Shown here: positions 1 to 13,241 of the stretch, in pieces
Numbering within the stretch: position 1 is the stretch's first letter
How the letters are laid out: each line of letters opens with the position of its first letter
Source of the DNA: Amoebidium appalachense
Taxonomy: Eukaryota; Protista; Ichthyosporea
Direction of reading: 5' to 3'
Assembly (NCBI GenBank): GCA_963693365.1
Contig: CAVNZM010000013.1
Coordinates: forward strand, 769,817-833,816
DNA: 64,000 nucleotides
The notes under the pieces: model-generated
Database searches by the model: none
Told to the model about the DNA's origin: nothing
Seen by the model: the letters and a program-made list of their open reading frames with translations, nothing else
Made by a program: the position numbers and the translations under genes

Positions 1-611
1 TCCCGGCTAGCAATGTCTGTTAGAGAAAGTTTCTGAGCAATTGAATAACTGTTTCAACACTCACTCGAGTGCATAGAGCTTTTGTTTACGGTCATATTCA
101 TATATGGTAGTTATATGTTTGAGCCAAAACTGTACCAATGACGAGCTTCACTAGCAACGTGCTAATTGTGCTCTCTTTTCGGCTATTCCCGGTTCAGATG
201 ATGTCATGTCTATATTTGCCACAGGATTCTATTCTTAGAGTGGTAGTGTGCTTTATTCCCGGATATTCTCAGAATATTTTTAGTTGTGTGAAGCAAGATT
301 TACGTTTAACTGCAATTGGTGTGTTAAACACGTTTATTTGTGTGCTTTAGTGCAAGTTAACTAGCCACTCAACGTGCACAGTTAACTTTTATATCTTTAA
401 CGACTTGTTTTCATTGTGCTCTCTTTTCGGCCATGCTGTACATGGCCCACCACCAGGGTGCACACGAGGCCACCATGAGGTGGCCAACGACTATATAAAG
501 CAGTGCCTCCCATGTCACAAACATGGGAAGCAGAACGTTTGATTTACACTTTTCTACTGTCGTTTCCAGTGCACAAAACACATAGACTAGTTACCCATCA
601 TACACGACACT

Positions 612-878
612 ATGTCTGACAACTTACAGTTGCAGCAACTAGTCCAACTACTGGAGCAGAGGTTGGCCTCACAAGATGCAATCATTTCTGACTTACAGAA
701 GGAACAACGTGCACTAGAACTAGCTTCTATGAACACAATGTCCAACAACCCGACCCGGCCCGAAAGTCTAAAAGAAACCCCCTTTAAGGGATGCCTAATA
801 AGAGTCACTCTGCGGCGGCTCTTTGATTTGTCACAGTTACCATATGCGGTGGGTCGGTCATCCTATGATTCCTTTTAA
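612..878 (+). pseudogene. Short coiled-coil ORF, possibly the decayed N-terminus of a retrotransposon gag
   Basis: 88-aa ORF (MSDNLQLQQLVQLLEQRLASQDAIISDLQ...RPESLKETPFKG) downstream of TATATAAA at ~493. A coiled-coil followed by a P-F-x-G motif resembles gag N-termini. No pol or paired LTRs are visible, so the identification is weak. Confidence 0.25.
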
Positions 879-1149
879 AAAAATTCGACCACTACGTTAC
901 GAATCAAGTTGTCACACTAGGCAATGCATAGTAAAGAGTTCAGGATCTTCCCCGGAGTTATTCCTTCCTCTCTTCTCTTCTCTTCTCTTATTCCATGCTT
1001 CCGTCAGGATATAAGGTGAAAATAAAAATCCTAAATTCAGAAAATGGCAATTTTGGAGTTTTAGAGGTTTCAAATTGGAATTTATAGACTTAGGATAATA
1101 GGAATAAGTCTCAGTCGTGGGATTAGAAAGCGATAAATGAGGAAGAATA

Positions 1150-1810
1150 ATAGGATTAACAGGAGAATATGGACAGTTAATCGTTGAGTATGGAATAGTA
1201 ACTATAATAATATTGGTAGTTGCTTTATTAATGATGGATAGAAATAAGAAAAAGGGAATGGAACGAGTAGGATTAATTCTTTTAGCTACTTTAGGAGTTA
1301 TCTTCTTAGTTAGTGCTCAAAAATTATTAACCGTTTACTTAGTAATGAAAGCTCAAAGTTGTGCTTTCTATTCTTTAACTAGAAAATTTTATTTTATCTT
1401 AGGAGCATTAGCTTCATACATCTATTTATTTAAATTATACCAAACAGCTTCTAATGAGAATAAAGAACACTTCTCATTAATCAGAATTGGGTCTGAATTT
1501 ATATTTTTGTTTTGTACTACTATCGATGTAATATTATTAAGGATTATTAAGGCTTGATGTTTCTCCTAGTTGAGAAACTAGATCTAACTAAACAAGTTAT
1601 TATTTCTCTTACGTCATGTCTTTCAACGCCTTCTTCAACTGCAGGATCGAATAATTTATTATCTTTAATTGGATTTCCAGAATTATCTTATTCAAATCCT
1701 GTATTAGCAGCTATCTTTACGATACTATATTCTTTCATTAGCAGGAAGTTTTATTATTTCAAAATTCTTTAGTAAATGAGTAGTTTCTATTCTATAATTC
1801 ACCGTCTCAT
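1150..1810 (+). pseudogene. nad2: NADH dehydrogenase subunit 2 pseudogene fragments (mitochondrial origin)
   Basis: Segments ERVGLILLATLGVIFLVSAQKLLTVYLVMKAQSCAFYSLT / YFILGALAS and ELSYSNPVLAAIFTIL-(frameshift)-LSLAG resemble the Nad2 motifs LILLSTLGM..LISA.DL...YLAIELQSL..Y.L, KYFILGALSS and L...NP.LA..F.I.LFSLAGIPP. The sequence has deletions, frameshifts and stops. Confidence 0.8.
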
Positions 1811-2709
1811 TTTTATTTATTTGCTATCTTTGGGATTCTCTATTCTATCATTCACTTTTACACTTATTTACTTGCCATCCTTGCTATTCTCTCTTCTGCC
1901 ATTTTCTATCCCTTTTATTCACTTGTTATCTTTGGAATTTTATATTCTGCCATTCACTCTTACTTTTATTTAATTGTCATTATTGCTATTTTCTCTTCTA
2001 CTATTTACTCTCTTCTCTTTTATTCTACTGGTTTAAAAAATTCTTTATCTTCTCTTATTTCTTTTTCTCTTATACTATGATAACTTTGTTCTTATTCTTA
2101 CCTCTTCTAATTGAGAGACTACTTTTTACTAACTTATGTTTAGTAAGAAACGATACTAGTAGTAGTACCATAGTACTATAGCTGTAACAGGTACTCTAGA
2201 GATAAGAGTACTAAGAATTTCTTCTTATAAATTAGTATAAAGAAGGAGACATTCATTCATCTAGTGTATATAAATAAGGAAATAATTGGAAATAAGTAAA
2301 AAATAGACGTTATAAGAAAGATTATCATAGTCTTTTTTATTAATTTATAGGATATAAGGAAGATGATAGAGATTGCGTAGGGACTGAGATCACTAAGACG
2401 CTATTTGTTAAGGGGGAAATAGTGCTTTATCGGACCTTGTGTATATAGGGGTACACATGCCTTGTTTAACTGATTCAAATTTTGATAGGTTACTTCTATA
2501 AAGCTGTTAATTTAATTATCCTATATTGCTAAGACTATTTATGGAAGATTAGGGTACTTTAGATGATCCCAATAAAGGAAAAGTTCCCCTCTCTTTGTTT
2601 TCGACATCCTGGGAATATTCTCAAGTGCAAGATCACCTAATCTCCATCCTAAAATTCCAAAAATCACCCTATTAAGAGAATAGACCGTGAAGAAGGAGTA
2701 GAGCCAATA

Positions 2710-2803
2710 AGAGACGAGCAGAAAACCTTCCCTGGAGTAGTCCCAGTTCCCTACTACGTAGAGAAGAGGGGCTGAGAGACGAGTAGAAAACCTTCCCTGG
2801 AGT
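2710..2803. repeat. Subterminal direct repeat inside the NUMT
   Basis: gagacgag[c/t]agaaaaccttccctggagt occurs at ~2710 and ~2776, next to the right TIR. Confidence 0.8.
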
Positions 2804-3458
2804 GGCACCTGTACCTAGAGGTATGACCGTCAAGGAGGAATAGAGAAGAGAAGAGAGGAAGGATTAACTCCGGGGAGGATCCTGAACCTTTGGCACGTGG
2901 GTAACCATGAAAATCAATTTTGTCCCCTTGCTGGCTACCTTTTTTGGCTGCAGCTCTTCCTGCAGGACTATCATTTCTTTAAAACAAAAACAATAATAAT
3001 AAGGCATAAATTACAACCTTACATGAGCTTCTGTTTTACGACCAAAAATGCGTTTTTTGAAGGTGACAACATCCCTACAAATTCAGCCTGTCCGAAAAGC
3101 CATTTTGCTGCCCACACTCGGGCAACAGGGACACCCCCCACTGGAAACCGCGGTGTAAATCCTGGGCTAAGTGTGTACTAGTGGTTAGGTTTGTTAACGG
3201 TGTTAGCTTTAATAGCTGATGGCATCTTTAGCACCCTAACTTAGGTACGGTCGGTGCTGTGTGTGTGACGGTAGCTCCTACGAGGGGCCCCTGGGGGGTC
3301 CCTCCGGGAACTAAACGGGATAAAAAAAAAAATTAAAAAAATGCAACATGTACACATTTTTATGTAAATATACACCTTCAGTTACAGCAACACACATGTC
3401 CGTGGGTGCATACACAGTCACACACACACACACACACACACATACACACACACACACA

Positions 3459-3528
<70 letters not shown>

Positions 3529-3540
3529 CTCTCTTTCTCC

Positions 3541-3571
<31 letters not shown>

Positions 3572-3794
3572 AAAAAAAAAAAGAAAGAAAGAAAGGGAGA
3601 AAAAAGAAAGAAAAAGACCCCCCCCCCCCCCGCCCCCCTTTTATTTCGCTCTACACCCCAAACCTCCCCCCCCCCCAACCTCACCCCTCTCTACCCTAAC
3701 CTTTTCCACCTCTCCGCCGTCTCTCCGAACCCCAGCCTCAACCCCCCCCCCCCCCCCGCGCAAAAAAAAAAAAAAAAAAAAAAACCAACCTCGT

Positions 3795-3831
<37 letters not shown>

Positions 3832-4002
3832 AAAAAAAAGAAAAAAAAAGAACCGACCTCGGGATGATGTGGTAGAACCTCAGTAATCTTCCTGGAATTT
3901 ACAAGCCTCCTGTAAAAAGCAACTTTCTTCACAGTGGACTTACCCCTCCTCCCCTCCCCGCCCTCCCCCTCCCCCTCTGCCCCCTTCCCCCGGCGTATCT
4001 GG

Positions 4003-4091
<89 letters not shown>

Positions 4092-5263
4092 ACACACACA
4101 CCGTACACACACACAACACACACACGCGCGCGCGCGCGCGCGCACACACACACGTACACACACCCACACCCACCCACACACACACTCACACCGCCCCTAC
4201 CGCAGTTCCCCTGGAGATTCGATGTCTGCAACCTTACTGGTATGCCTTAGTGGCTTACCCAACTGTGTTTGATTGTGATAAATTTTCTCCTCCATATTTT
4301 TCGTAATTGGAGGGGAGGGGGGAAGGGAGGAAGGGGGGAATGGGGGACGATTCATAATTTCGTACATTGTTGCAGGCTCAACTGAACCCGAACAACTGCA
4401 TGTAATGGGCCCGGTGGTTTCCCACATAGCGAGGGAAGGGTTAGACACTTAGAAATACTCCGGCAGGGGGGGTAGAGGGGGGAGGGGGGGAAGGGGGGGG
4501 AAGGGGGGAAGGGAGGGGGGGAGGAGGAGGAGGGGGGAGGAGGGTGGGGGGGGGGGGGGGGGAAGGGGGGAGGGAGGGGAAAGGGGCCAAATAAGCGTTT
4601 CGGTGGCTGTGCGGTCAAGCTTTAAAATGGTTGGTGCTCGAACGAAACATTTGTTTCAACCACATGGAAAACCTATTACTCCCCCCCCCCCCCCCCCCCC
4701 CCCCAACCCCCTATTCCTTCCCCCCCCTCCCCCCCCCCCCTCCCCCCCCAACCAACCAACCATCCCCCCCCCCCCCCTCCCCCCCCCTCCCCCCTCCCCC
4801 CCGTGTTTCCTCTCCTTGCGCCCCCTGATTTCTTCACCTGCACATACTTACCCACCTATACACTCACTCAACCCCATCGCTCATGCCAACCAATAAAGCC
4901 ACTCTACATACAAATGTTGGCCTCCTCCCCTCTCCATTTCCCCCCCCCCCCTCCCCCCCTCCCCGCCCCGCCCCGCCCCGCCCCGCCCCGCCCCGCCCCG
5001 CCCCGCCCCGCCCCGCCCCGCCCCGCCCCGCCTCATCCCCTCCCCTCCGCAGTCCACACAAGTCGAACTTCTTTCGCCTGTATTTTCTGCTCTACTCCCC
5101 TTTATTCGCTCCCTCTTTCCCTCTCCAATTCTTTTCCTTTCTCCCTCTCCCTTCCTCCCCCCCCCCCCCCCCCCCCCCCATCAACCCCCAACCTCACCCC
5201 AACCCTCTTCTGCCCGCCGACTCGTCTGCCTTTTGCTTACTCCCCTCCCCCCCCCCCCCCCCC

Positions 5264-5294
<31 letters not shown>

Positions 5295-5731
5295 AAAACA
5301 AATACACACACATTGATGCCTTCGCAAAAGAAGAAATGGGAAAGCGCAATGTTTACACTGAGGAAGGACTCGGCAGCACTCTAATGGGGTTAAAACCGAA
5401 TTACACCGGCCTTCTGAGGGATAACTGAATTGCCGGACTTCTTCCCGGGCCAATTTCCAACCAAAGACTGTGGTGAAGGGCAAGACCTTGATACAACAAA
5501 ATGAGAGAAAATATCATGGGACGGACCCTGAATTTGGGGTGTGGAGGGGAAGTGGGCAGGGAGGGGGTGGGGGAGGGAGGGGGGAGGGGGGGTTCAAAGC
5601 CCTTTTTCTAAAAAAGAGGTTGATTTTTTTTCGGTAACCCCTACGCAAACGTGAGCTCCCTCAGGCATACGATTAGTCAGTCCCCCAAATTTGCCAGTTT
5701 CCTCGATTGGATGTGCCCCGTCTTACTGACC

Positions 5732-5768
<37 letters not shown>

Positions 5769-5989
5769 CTCACCACCCCCCCCCCCCCTCCTCCTGCAAC
5801 CCCCCCCCCCCATCCTCCCCCCTCCCCCCCCCCCCCGCACGTCCTGCCCCAGGGTATTTCCACTGATTTCTTCGTTTGCATAGACTTAACCACATACACA
5901 CCCATTCACCCACATACTGCTTCCCCACTAATCTAGCCGATCTTTGTAACCAGCGGCCACCTATCCGCCCACCCACCCACCCACAAACA

Positions 5990-6095
<106 letters not shown>

Positions 6096-6322
6096 ACTAC
6101 TGCACACACACACACAAACACCACCACCCCACCTCACCACCCTACCACCTACCCACCTACCCATCCTAAACCCCCCCCCCCCTGCCCACCCCCCTCCCGC
6201 CCCTACCAACCACCACCACCACAACTCCACCTATCCACGCATCCACCTACCAACTCATCCTCACTAATGTTTGCCCTTCCTCCCCCTTTCCTCCCTCTCC
6301 TCTCTCCCTTTTCCCCCCCTTC

Positions 6323-6397
<75 letters not shown>

Positions 6398-6730
6398 GCA
6401 TACATCGACCCTTCTTTGCGTGTATATTTATGCTCCACTGCCCTCTAAGCCCTCCCTCACTTCCCTCTCAGAATCCCCCCTCCCCCTCCCCCCCCCCCCA
6501 ACTAGTCCACACACATATACACATGGGCCTTGCAGGTAATAATATGATCGTCTTATGGGCAGGTGGTGGCTGGGGGACAAAAAATGTGTGGCAACAAGGG
6601 TCGGTGGGGAGAGGGGGGGGGGGGAGGCGGAAGGGGGGAAATAACAGGGGGGGGGGGGGGGGTCTTGTTTGATATCTTACTGATATGATATGTACTTCGT
6701 TTTTGTGTTGTTTTAGCGTTTTTTTTTTTT

Positions 6731-6773
<43 letters not shown>

Positions 6774-7449
6774 GGGGAGGGGGGGAGAGGGGGGAGAGGG
6801 GGAGGGGGGAGAGGGGAATGGTATTTCAGATGTTTCAGCAAGCCTCTGGCCCTCTGTTGTAATAAAGGCAAATTTGACCAAGCCTATCGTATCTTTGGCT
6901 CTCTTCATTTTTATCGTGTCTGTTCGTTTTGGATGCAAGCCTACAGAACACAGGTTAAATGCCCCCACACCGCGTAGGTATTACATACACCTTACAACAA
7001 TAGTAGCTGTTGAACATTTTCCGTCCGACTCTATGAATTTACCAATCTCGTGATAGTGCCCAAGGGGCTATATGCCGCGATATTTGAGATACGTATTTGA
7101 TCGGCTAGCGCTTGAAGTTGTTATGTCTGTGTATTTGAGATATACATTTGGCTGGTGTGCGCTTATGGTATTATGTATACATGTGTAGTAATTGCATTCA
7201 TACCGTGGCTCATGTAAACCACATCTTAAGGTCTAAGCTGGCACTTTCGAGACGTAACATTAATACAAAAGTTGACATCACATCAATGAGAAATGGTGTC
7301 GGATCCAACCGCTGGCTTTGCTTTGTCTATATACCATGTAGTTTCCTTTTTTGGCCAAGGCTAATCGCCATATTAAAGGAATCTCAGAGAAACACCAACA
7401 AAAGTAGTAACATAGTCGTAGAGTGGATTAAACTCAGAGATCGATGGAG

Positions 7450-7765
7450 CAGTCTGGTCTGGCCGGGCCGGGTTGGCCCGAACAACGTTTGGGTTCGGGC
7501 TGCCCAGACCAGCCCGAAAACTACACAGGTTGGGCTAGGGGTTTCTGGGCTGGGACTCCCCTGTGAACCCCTTTCTAAGCACTAATCGTGAACCTGTTAT
7601 ACCCCCCAAAAATACCACAATCCCTGCTAAACCCCTCTTTTCTCTGTGTTGTTTGCGCAAACAGACCTTCCATAAATGGTAGTTCAGCCAGAACCCAACC
7701 CATTTCCAGCCCGAAATATTTACGGTTTGGGCTGACCCAACTTAGACCGGCCCAAAACCCGCCGC
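7450..7765. mobile_element. Possible decayed MITE with clustered GGGTT/AACCC and GGCCCG motifs
   Basis: GC-rich motifs (ggccgggccgggttggccc ... gacccaacttagaccggccc) in roughly inverted arrangement, like subterminal repeats of DNA transposons. No clean TIR or TSD. Confidence 0.25.
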
Positions 7766-8308
7766 ACCATCTATAACCTTTGCATTGAATTTTGTCACCA
7801 ATCAGCGCAAGGCAGATTCTGTCAACCCGAACCCCCCCCCCAAGCCCCCCCCCCCCCCCCCCCGGCCCTCCCCCTTCCCACCCCCCCCCCCCCACAAAAA
7901 AAAATAAAATAAAATAAAATAAAATAAAAATAAAAAACGCCAGCCACTACCACCATTATCAAACTCCTTTTGCCCCTAGCCCCGATCCCACCCACAAACA
8001 CATCCGCAAAACTGTCATCTCAATATACCAACACTAATTTTAAGCAATGCTTCCAAATCTACCGCCCTTTCTCCCTCCAAAGGGTGCTAACTAATGCTAA
8101 GCCTTGCAAACTTTACAAAAGAACGTTTTGCTTGCCATTTAGGAATAAACAACTTTCCTCCTCCGTTTTTATTACCCAGCCGGTATGTCTACCCAATTAT
8201 ATAATGGCGGTGTGACCTTCAATCATTGATACAATCATTTCGAAAAACGGCATTGCCAACGCCCCAACTCATACGGTAAATACACACTCATCCCCCCTTC
8301 CTCCCCCC

Positions 8309-8358
<50 letters not shown>

Positions 8359-8589
8359 CTCCCCCTCAACAACAACCCAACCCAACACCCCGGTACCACC
8401 ACCACCCACCCACCCACTCCCCGGTCCCTGTTTTTTCTTTACTCACCCCACCTCCCCCTCCCCCTCTTCCCCAGACCTCCACCCCCACCTCCCAGCCACA
8501 ACCCTATCGTTTCCCAGCTCTCTGTGATCATATTGTGCAGTTTATGCCCGGCTTGATTTCGTAAAGGCCACGGAAACCCGGTATATCAG

Positions 8590-9070
8590 ATTTACCTTCG
8601 AGATATACCTGTTTTGACCATTGGGCATACGTTTTTTGACTTTGAAGTATAGGCTTGTTTTCACTTTAAGTATCTGTTGAGATCTTTATAGACTTGTTTT
8701 GACTGAGATATAAACACCTGTTTTCAGTTCTTAACACGCCTGCTTTTGACTCTTTTGGATAAACCTTTTATGGCATCTGTTTTGACTTTTATGTTGGCCT
8801 TCGATATACGTACATTAATACTGGGCATACCTAATTTGACTCTCGGATATACGTGCATTAGCTGGGCATGCCTATTTGACATCAAGTTAGATAGACATAT
8901 GAAATGCTTTTTTTTTTCACCTTTGAATATACCTGTTTCGACTTTTGAATTTATCTGCTTAAGCTTTGGATATACTTGCTTTAACCTTTGGATATACCTC
9001 TTTTGATTCGGAAATAACTACAGTAGCTGTCTACTAGTAAAGCAAATACCTGTTTATATTATGAATATAT
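8590..9070. repeat. Degenerate ~21-bp minisatellite (consensus approx. ttggatatacctgttttgact)
   Basis: Recurrent atacctgtttt/ttttgact units, e.g. gagatatacctgttttgacca, gggcatacgttttttgact, gaatatacctgtttcgact, ggatatacctcttttgatt. Confidence 0.75.
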
Positions 9071-9966
9071 CTGCTTTAACTGTGGATATACCTGGTGTGA
9101 CTGGTCCCGGAATTGATACGATTGGGAGATACCATTGATAATGCCAACTGCAGTAACATTTTTAGACGTATAATGCTACAAGCAAGAACTCGGAACACGC
9201 TTTTTAGACATACTCCTATGTTGATCCCCAGTCCTCCTCCCCCCCCCCCCCCCCCCTTCCCCCCCCATCCCCCCCTCCCCCCCCCTCCCCCACCCCCGCT
9301 CTTCCCCACCCATCCCACCTCCATCCCCTTCCCCCCCCCCCTCCCCTCCCATTCAAAATATATATATACACACACACGGACACACACACACACACGGACA
9401 CACACATTCACATGTGCACACACACACACCCCACATGGTTTTCCTCCACCAAAGTTCCCCCTCTGGATGCCCCCCCCCCCCCCCCTCCCCCCCCCCCCCC
9501 CCCCCCCCCCCATTTTCCCCCCCCAACTCCTCTCCCCCCCCCCCCCCCTTCTCCCCCCCTACTCCTCTCCTCCCCCACTTACCCCAACTCCTCTCCCCCC
9601 CTTCTCCCCCCCAACTCCTTCCCCCCCCCCCCCTTTCCCCTCCCCTCCCCCCCCCCCCCCCCCCCCCCCCCCGGACAAAAAAAAACACCTGACTCTGCCT
9701 GAAACCCCCCCCCCCCCCCCCCCCCTCCCCCCGCGCACTTCCTACACTGCAGGCACTTCGGTACACAGTTTCTGCCCCCTTCCATTTTTCACAAATTACC
9801 TCCCCGTTTGGACATGACTGTTTTTCTCCAGATCCCCCCTCCTCACTCCGCCCTCTCTGTCTCATTCTCTTTCTCCCCACCCTCTTCCCCTCTTTGCTAG
9901 TTAGTATATATGTGATGTATGTGTACAATGTGAATTGCAGGTGATTCTTGTGTACGGGTGTCACGT

Positions 9967-10001
<35 letters not shown>

Positions 10002-10002
10002 G

Positions 10003-10070
<68 letters not shown>

Positions 10071-10879
10071 ACATCTTGCATGTCTGTGTGCTTAATTTCT
10101 GTGGGTGCCCGCCTGTGTGCGGTTTGTTGATGTCTTTACCTGTAAAATTGTGTTTTCATTTTTCAGTTTACATAACTTTTATTCTTAGACTCTTAAACTC
10201 TAAAGGGGGCAGGGGAGCGGGGGGGGGGGGGGGAGGGGGGGAGGGGGGAGGGGGGAGGGGGGGGGGGGATGGAGAGAAGTGATCAAAGTGGCCACTTTAA
10301 ACTTGTACGGTTCCCTCTTAAGCACACCACATCAGGCTCACTAATAATCCCAAAAAAAGAAGTACCAATGAATGAACAAGGAAAAATTCACATAGAAGTT
10401 TATCATAAAAACCGATTAAAAATCCGGTAGAATGAGAACATAAAAAAAATACAAGTGGTTGGGTGGGCTACTTTGATCGAAACTTAGTAAAACAATTTTA
10501 CAATGTGTGTTTTTTTTTAACAAAAAGAAGTGCACATACACCACCTGCCCTTACAAAATATGCATGTGGAAGCATACCGGGTTTAACCCCTATGAACCAC
10601 AAATTCCTTTATTGTGTCCGATTCCGTTTCAGCTGACATCCCGCACCCCCCTCCCATTCCTCTTGGGAGCCTCTGGGGATAAACCCATTTATCCCCCCTC
10701 CCCCCCCCCCCCCCCCCCCCCCCCCCTTCCTCTCCTCCCTCCTTCCCCATCCCCCCACTCCCTTTTCTATTCAACCAATCTCCCCTCCACATCATAGTCC
10801 CATTCGGTCATCTAAGCCCACATTCACTCCCTCCTCCCCTCCCTTCCCCTCCCTCCCCTTTCTCTCTCTTTCCCCCCCC

Positions 10880-10979
<100 letters not shown>

Positions 10980-11127
10980 TCCTCCCTCCCTTCCTCCTTC
11001 CATTTCCTTCTCCCTTAGGACTTATTCACTTCACAAACACAGTTGGAAAAGTTTGGGAGACATGCATTTATAACTAAAATTCGGACAAGGCGGGGTGTAA
11101 TCATCATCACGGATCATGTTGTTTGTT

Positions 11128-11191
<64 letters not shown>

Positions 11192-11896
11192 AAAAAAAAA
11201 AAAAAAAACCCCAACCCCCAACCCCACCCCCTCCGGATCCTCCTGCCTCCCTCATTCCCCGTCACCGTATACTATGATGTCTTGATAGTATTTTTTTTAG
11301 GCAGTGTTTAATTCAGAAGGCAGGGAGGGGAGGGGGGGGGGGGGAGGGCCTGGTGGCGGAGGAAGGGGGAGAGGAGGGTGGTTAAGCCAGGGGCTTGGGA
11401 GAGGAGAAAGAGGCGGGGCGGTGGGAGGGGAGTGAGGGGTGGGGAGGAGGAGTAGAAGAGGCCTAGGATAGGCCCAAGTTGAACCTGAAATGTTGGAACG
11501 CCTGGGTGGGACCGAGGGGCGTTTTCCGGGGGGGGGGGGGGGGGCAGATAGCGGAATTTGACGGAACTGGGCCAAATTTTGTATTCATGATAGAGTCTCA
11601 ACACTGTCGATATCTGGTGGAGCGGTTGCGAGTGGCCGGGGGCGAGGGTTGAATACGAAGTTACAACTTACTGTACGTACATCCTTTTGAAGGACAACAC
11701 AATTAAAACCGAAAGGGAAGAGGGGGAGGGGGGGGGGGGGGGGGGGGGGGAGGGGGGGGGGGGAGGAAGGAGGGGACCAGGTGGTTTTCGTTGCATCGGT
11801 TCCTTATATGCCAGGATAGCAAAAGGAAAGACAAAAAGAAGTGGAGTGCTTTCAGAAGTAGCCAACCAACCATACGCCTTCGCAACGCACACCTGG

Positions 11897-11985
11897 TACC
11901 TTCTGAGGTAGCTCTTATTTTTCAAGGAGACGCGGACAATACGGAGAGCGGCTGATCACGTGACTCACCTACCTTGAAAAATAGA
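11897..11985 (+). repeat. ~90-bp hairpin-forming element; inverted partner at 19410-19508
   Basis: gaggtagctcttatttttcaagg (11905-11927) is the exact reverse complement of 19478-19500. Similarity continues through ctgatcNcgtg...ccttg..aaaaatag. There is also an internal inverted repeat, tatttttcaagg/ccttgaaaaata. Confidence 0.75.
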
Positions 11986-13241
11986 CGTCGATTTATCGTA
12001 CATAGGCTAGAGGGCACAGTCAGTACGTGCCAGAAAGCACACACGCAGATTCTGGCATGGCGTCATCAGTAGTAAGCATACTCAACTCCTGGAGCCCAAG
12101 TCAGTCACTGTACTCGACGTGTGTGTGTGTGTGTTATCACCCAAATCATTGTTAGTTGAAACATAAACCAAATAACCATAACCCTGTGTGTGTCTGGACC
12201 GCCATGATAAGTGGGTCATAAACGGTCGGCTGCCCCCACCCCTTTCAATAAAGGCCTGTTGACGGCCCCTTATGTCACTCGAGGATCGAAACTTTTCCAT
12301 GTGATCTTTACGTCACCGCCAACATTGGATCGTGGTTTTGTCCAATCAGGTGCGAGTGAGGGTCCGTCGTAGGAACAAAGTGGGTGTGTGTGTGTGTGTA
12401 TGTTTGGGGGGGGGGGGGGGGGGGGGCTAAGCTGCTCACCTGGAGAAGGTGGGAGGGGAAGGAAGAGGGAAGGGGAGCCTCGATTCAGATATCGATTTGC
12501 ACGCGCTTGGCACGAACCAAAACGGGTTTTCCGAGTTTTCCTTTTCTTTAATGGAACTCATTGTTTGCAATTTAACGCCCGTGAGCGGATTATGTTAAAA
12601 AAGATATTTAAAGATAAGGGGGATACGTAACACCCTATGAATCGAGAGATGAAGGAAAGATGGTATATGAATAGCTGGGAAACGTCTCCGAGGTCAACGA
12701 TATTAATACGAAATAAACAGAGATACAAAGGCAAAAAAAGAAGCAGTTACCTGTAGGGAAAACACAAGGCAACATAAACCTAATAAAACACAAGCTTACG
12801 GCATAAGAAAACAAAAGGCATCCTATTCTATACAGAGGTAGGATTAATTAAGGTATCTTAAGGTTGCAAGCACGCACTTATTGGTGGATGAAAGAAATAA
12901 AAGACCATCGGTATTCCCTTGCCACTCTTCCACACGCTAAAAAGCAGTATATATGGGCTTTCCATGCAAAACGTCTTTACACAAGCATCTACATCACGTC
13001 TACGACGCCATCACAATCCACACGAAATATTACAATGTGTTCATTAAACACAGTCAGACAAGCCACTTCCTACCCTGTACACACAGCATCACCAGAAAAG
13101 TCACTGTACAACCAATTCTCACTGCTCGAATTGTTTTTTACCATTCCATTTATCTTCGTTTTCGATTCAACACAACCATCATCATTAGTATTTAACCCCT
13201 TACCCATACATACGTTTTACGCATTTTTTACAACTAAAGGT

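Larger units (their letters stand above)
938..2887. other. Nuclear insertion of mitochondrial DNA (NUMT) bounded by terminal inverted repeats
   Basis: Abrupt, very AT-rich block with nad2 remnants. 938-983 (gttcaggatcttccccggagttattccttcctctcttctcttctct) is the reverse complement of 2842-2887 with 2 mismatches in 46 nt. Confidence 0.8.

Noticed and set aside
1213-1973. Three hydrophobic ORFs as functional nuclear membrane proteins
   Set aside because: Two are broken nad2 fragments and the third is T-rich repetitive mitochondrial non-coding DNA.
3282-3314. GC hairpin followed by CTAA as a Helitron 3' end or terminator
   Set aside because: There is no second copy, 5' TC end or Rep/helicase evidence in the window.
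8590-9070. CRISPR-like appearance of periodic repeats (also at 36950-37418 and 22068-22600)
   Set aside because: There are no constant repeats with unique spacers and no cas genes, and the context is eukaryotic. These are a minisatellite and exon-boundary duplications.
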